64,000 nucleotides of DNA from the NCBI GenBank assembly GCA_963810935.1, contig CAWEPK010000012.1, forward strand, positions 256,001 to 320,000, in the 5' to 3' direction. The stretch comes from an uncultured delta proteobacterium. GTDB lineage: Bacteria > Desulfobacterota > Syntrophorhabdia > Syntrophorhabdales > WCHB1-27. This document shows positions 61,607-64,000 of the stretch, piece by piece. The stretch's first letter is position 1; each line of letters opens with the position of its first letter. The position numbers and the translations under genes were made by a program. The notes beneath the pieces were generated by a model. It saw only the letters and a program-made list of their open reading frames with translations, searched no databases and was not told the DNA's origin.

Positions 61607-62755
61607 TTACTTCCTCACAAACGTCGGTCTATCCAGGCGCGATTTGCCGCTCAGGGCGTCCAACGCCATCTGCTCGATCATGTCGGGCGAGACGTCTGCG
61701 CCGCAGATGCCCGCGATGTAGCCCGTGACGACGGGCGGCCGGTCCATACCGTAGAGCGCGCTCTTTAGCTCCTGGCACCAGATGCCGCCGTTGCCCAGCG
61801 AGATATTCCTGTCGATCACGGCCACTTTCGGCACGTTCGCGAGTGCTTCCCTGACCTCTTCGCGCGGGAACGGCCGCAGGGCCTTCAGCTTCAGCAAGCC
61901 GGCGGCTACGCCGTTGGCGCGCATTGCGGCCACGGCCACCCGCGCAGTACTGGTCATGGCGCCGCTGGTGGCGATGACGATCTCGGCGCCGTGCGTATCG
62001 ACCGCCTCGATCGGGCCGTATCCCCTGCCTATGATCTTCTCGTAATCCTCGTTCGCCTCCCGGATGATCGGCCGCGTTGCGTCCATGTCCTCGAAGCTCC
62101 GCTGCCGGTAGCCCATGTACTGCTCCGGGCTGACCACGTTCGATATATACGCCGGCGCATCCGTATCGAAGCGCGTCGGCACGCGGAAAGGCGGCAGGTA
62201 AGCGTCGATTGCCTCCTGGTCGGGTATCTCGACAGGCTCGATGAAGTGCGACGTGAAGAATCCGTCGATGGCGACGAGCACCGGCAGGAGCGCGTTCTCC
62301 GCGATCCTGTAAGCCTGTATCACCGTGTCGAAGGCCTCCTGGGCGTCCTCGCAGTAGAACTGGAGCCAGCCCGTGTCGCGCTGGGAGAGGCTGTCCGATT
62401 GGTCGCTCCCGAAGGCCCAGGGCACAGCCAGCACGCGGTTGACGTTGCACATCACGATGGGCACCCTGTTGCCGGATGCGAAGTGGAGCATCTCGTGCAT
62501 CAGGGCAAGGCCCTGCGACGCAGTGGCGGTGAACGTCCGTACGCCCGTCAGGGAGGCGCTGATGCAGGCGGCCATGGCGGAGTGCTCCGACTCGGTACGC
62601 ATCATCACGCCGGCCAGCTTGCCTTCGTTCTCCATATCGGAGAGCTTCTCGTATATGGGCGTCTGCGGAGTTATGGGGTAGGCGGCAACGAACTGCACCT
62701 TCGCCAACCGCACCGCCTCGGCAACCGCGTAGTTACCTGATATAAGCTGTCTCAT
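61607..62755 (-). CDS. 2-oxoacid:ferredoxin oxidoreductase alpha subunit
   Basis: AYPITPQT, ESEHSA and TATASQGL motifs. Confidence 0.92.
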   Translation of the reverse strand: MRQLISGNYAVAEAVRLAKVQFVAAYPITPQTPIYEKLSDMENEGKLAGVMMRTESEHSAMAACISASLTGVRTFTATASQGLALMHEMLHFASGNRVPIVMCNVNRVLAVPWAFGSDQSDSLSQRDTGWLQFYCEDAQEAFDTVIQAYRIAENALLPVLVAIDGFFTSHFIEPVEIPDQEAIDAYLPPFRVPTRFDTDAPAYISNVVSPEQYMGYRQRSFEDMDATRPIIREANEDYEKIIGRGYGPIEAVDTHGAEIVIATSGAMTSTARVAVAAMRANGVAAGLLKLKALRPFPREEVREALANVPKVAVIDRNISLGNGGIWCQELKSALYGMDRPPVVTGYIAGICGADVSPDMIEQMALDALSGKSRLDRPTFVRK

Positions 62756-64000
62756 CGGCCACCTTCCATGCCAATAACGTGTCTAGGGCAGGCGGAGGCG
62801 CACACCCCGCAGCCCTTGCAGTAGTCGCCCCTGACGTCGTACCCGCCCTCCCTGGCTTTGAGAATAGAGACGTCCGGGCAGAGCAGGAAGCAGAGGTCGC
62901 ACGCGGTGCAGGTGCCGCATTTGAAGCAGCGCGAGATTTCCGCCTCGGCCTTTTTGCGGGTCAGCCCGCCCGCGACCTCGGCAAAGGCGTCATCGCCCCG
63001 CGCCCCGTTCGTCATCTTCGGGTTGTCGTTCCGTTTCGCAAAGGGCACGCAGATCGTGTTGAGCTTGTCGTATGTGACGACGTCGGTAAGGTCCACCTTC
63101 GGCCTGTCGGGATATACCAGCGGCTCGAAGGCGAACGCCGGACCTGTGCCTATGCGCAGGGCTTCGTACTCGCGGGCCGCGTCTTTGCCCTCTATATAAC
63201 AATAGATAGCGAGCGCCCCCAGTTTCCCGGAGGCGATGGCGTCCGCTACGAAGGCGCGTGTGCCTGCCGCGTCGCCGCCGGCGAAGACACCCGGAGCGCC
63301 GGTCGCGCCCATTGCGTCTATCCCTATCATACCTCTCGCGCTTGCCGCTACGCCCGACCCGGTGATGAAATCGAGCTCGGGCGCCTGGCCGACCGCCGCA
63401 ATGACGGTATCGACGGGCACCATGAATTCGGAACCGGGGATGGGGACGGGTGTTGCCCTGCCGCCGGCATCCGGCGCACCGAGGGCCATGCGGACGCACT
63501 CAATGGCCTTCACGCGGCCGCCTTCCGCGACTATGCGCTTCGGGGCCGCAAGCAATTCTATCTTTATTCCGTCGCCCTCCATTCCTTCCACATCTTCGGC
63601 AAGGGCGGGCATCTCCGCCTTCGAGCGGCGGTAAAGAACGGTCACATCTTGCGCTCCCAGGCGCTTCGCGGTCCGGCTGCAATCGACAGCCGTATTGCCT
63701 CCGCCTATGACCGCAACGCGCTTGCCGAGGCCGGGCACTTGTTTCATAGCGGCTGCGCGCAGGAAGGCGATCCCCTCCATCACGCCTTTCGCGGCTTCAT
63801 TTTCCACGCCGAGGCCTGCCCCCTTGTGGCTGCCCACGGCCAGGAAGACGGCGTCGTAATCGCGCTTCACGGCGGAGAACGCAAGCAGGGGGCCTTTTCC
63901 TTCCGCCGCAACGTGCGCGTCCGTCTCGATGCTGACCCCGAGCCGCACCAGGCGGCCGATCTCTCTGCGCAGTACCGCCTTGGGAAGCCTGTATTCGGGT
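62752..64000 (-). CDS. GltD-like FAD/NAD(P) oxidoreductase fused to a C-terminal 2x[4Fe-4S] (delta-like) domain; 5' part outside the window
   Basis: VIGGGNTAVD, YRRS, VFAGGD, CFKCGTCTACDLCFLLCP and CKGCGVCASACP motifs. Confidence 0.88.
   Translation of the reverse strand, partial: PEYRLPKAVLRREIGRLVRLGVSIETDAHVAAEGKGPLLAFSAVKRDYDAVFLAVGSHKGAGLGVENEAAKGVMEGIAFLRAAAMKQVPGLGKRVAVIGGGNTAVDCSRTAKRLGAQDVTVLYRRSKAEMPALAEDVEGMEGDGIKIELLAAPKRIVAEGGRVKAIECVRMALGAPDAGGRATPVPIPGSEFMVPVDTVIAAVGQAPELDFITGSGVAASARGMIGIDAMGATGAPGVFAGGDAAGTRAFVADAIASGKLGALAIYCYIEGKDAAREYEALRIGTGPAFAFEPLVYPDRPKVDLTDVVTYDKLNTICVPFAKRNDNPKMTNGARGDDAFAEVAGGLTRKKAEAEISRCFKCGTCTACDLCFLLCPDVSILKAREGGYDVRGDYCKGCGVCASACPRHVIGMEGGR

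Noticed and set aside
1..64000. tRNA, rRNA, integrase or intact transposase genes
   Set aside because: None recognised in the window.

Overview
A 64-kb GC-rich chromosomal window, most likely from an anaerobic deltaproteobacterium (Syntrophorhabdaceae-like; inferred from gene content only). Housekeeping and catabolic genes include degP, ybaK, a dnaJ-like gene, an FMN riboswitch with ribB, purF-pyrE, hemE-hemH-hemY, a paaK-like ligase, two TRAP transporters, a LarA-family protein and a 2-oxoacid:ferredoxin oxidoreductase. Several AT-richer accessory islets and two modular families of palindromic intergenic repeats lie between them. About a dozen otherwise intact genes carry single-base frameshifts, probably assembly indel errors. 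The best candidate for an undescribed system is an 839-bp transposase-less IS1-like element (17-bp terminal inverted repeats, degenerate 9-bp target duplication). Its only intact cargo is a PemK/MazF-fold toxin followed by a highly structured non-coding region, suggesting a toxin/RNA-antitoxin module. The second candidate is a tightly coupled operon of corrinoid protein, MtaA-like protein, RACE activator and PAS/GAF hybrid kinase, lying next to a TAT-less reductive dehalogenase; it may be a cobalamin-based sensory system. Also present: an AIPR gene within a decayed IS1595-like/HicBA element, a membrane-anchored HerA-like ATPase, and a duplicated hemY 3' end split by a repeat. All family calls come from motif recognition by eye; no searches were run.
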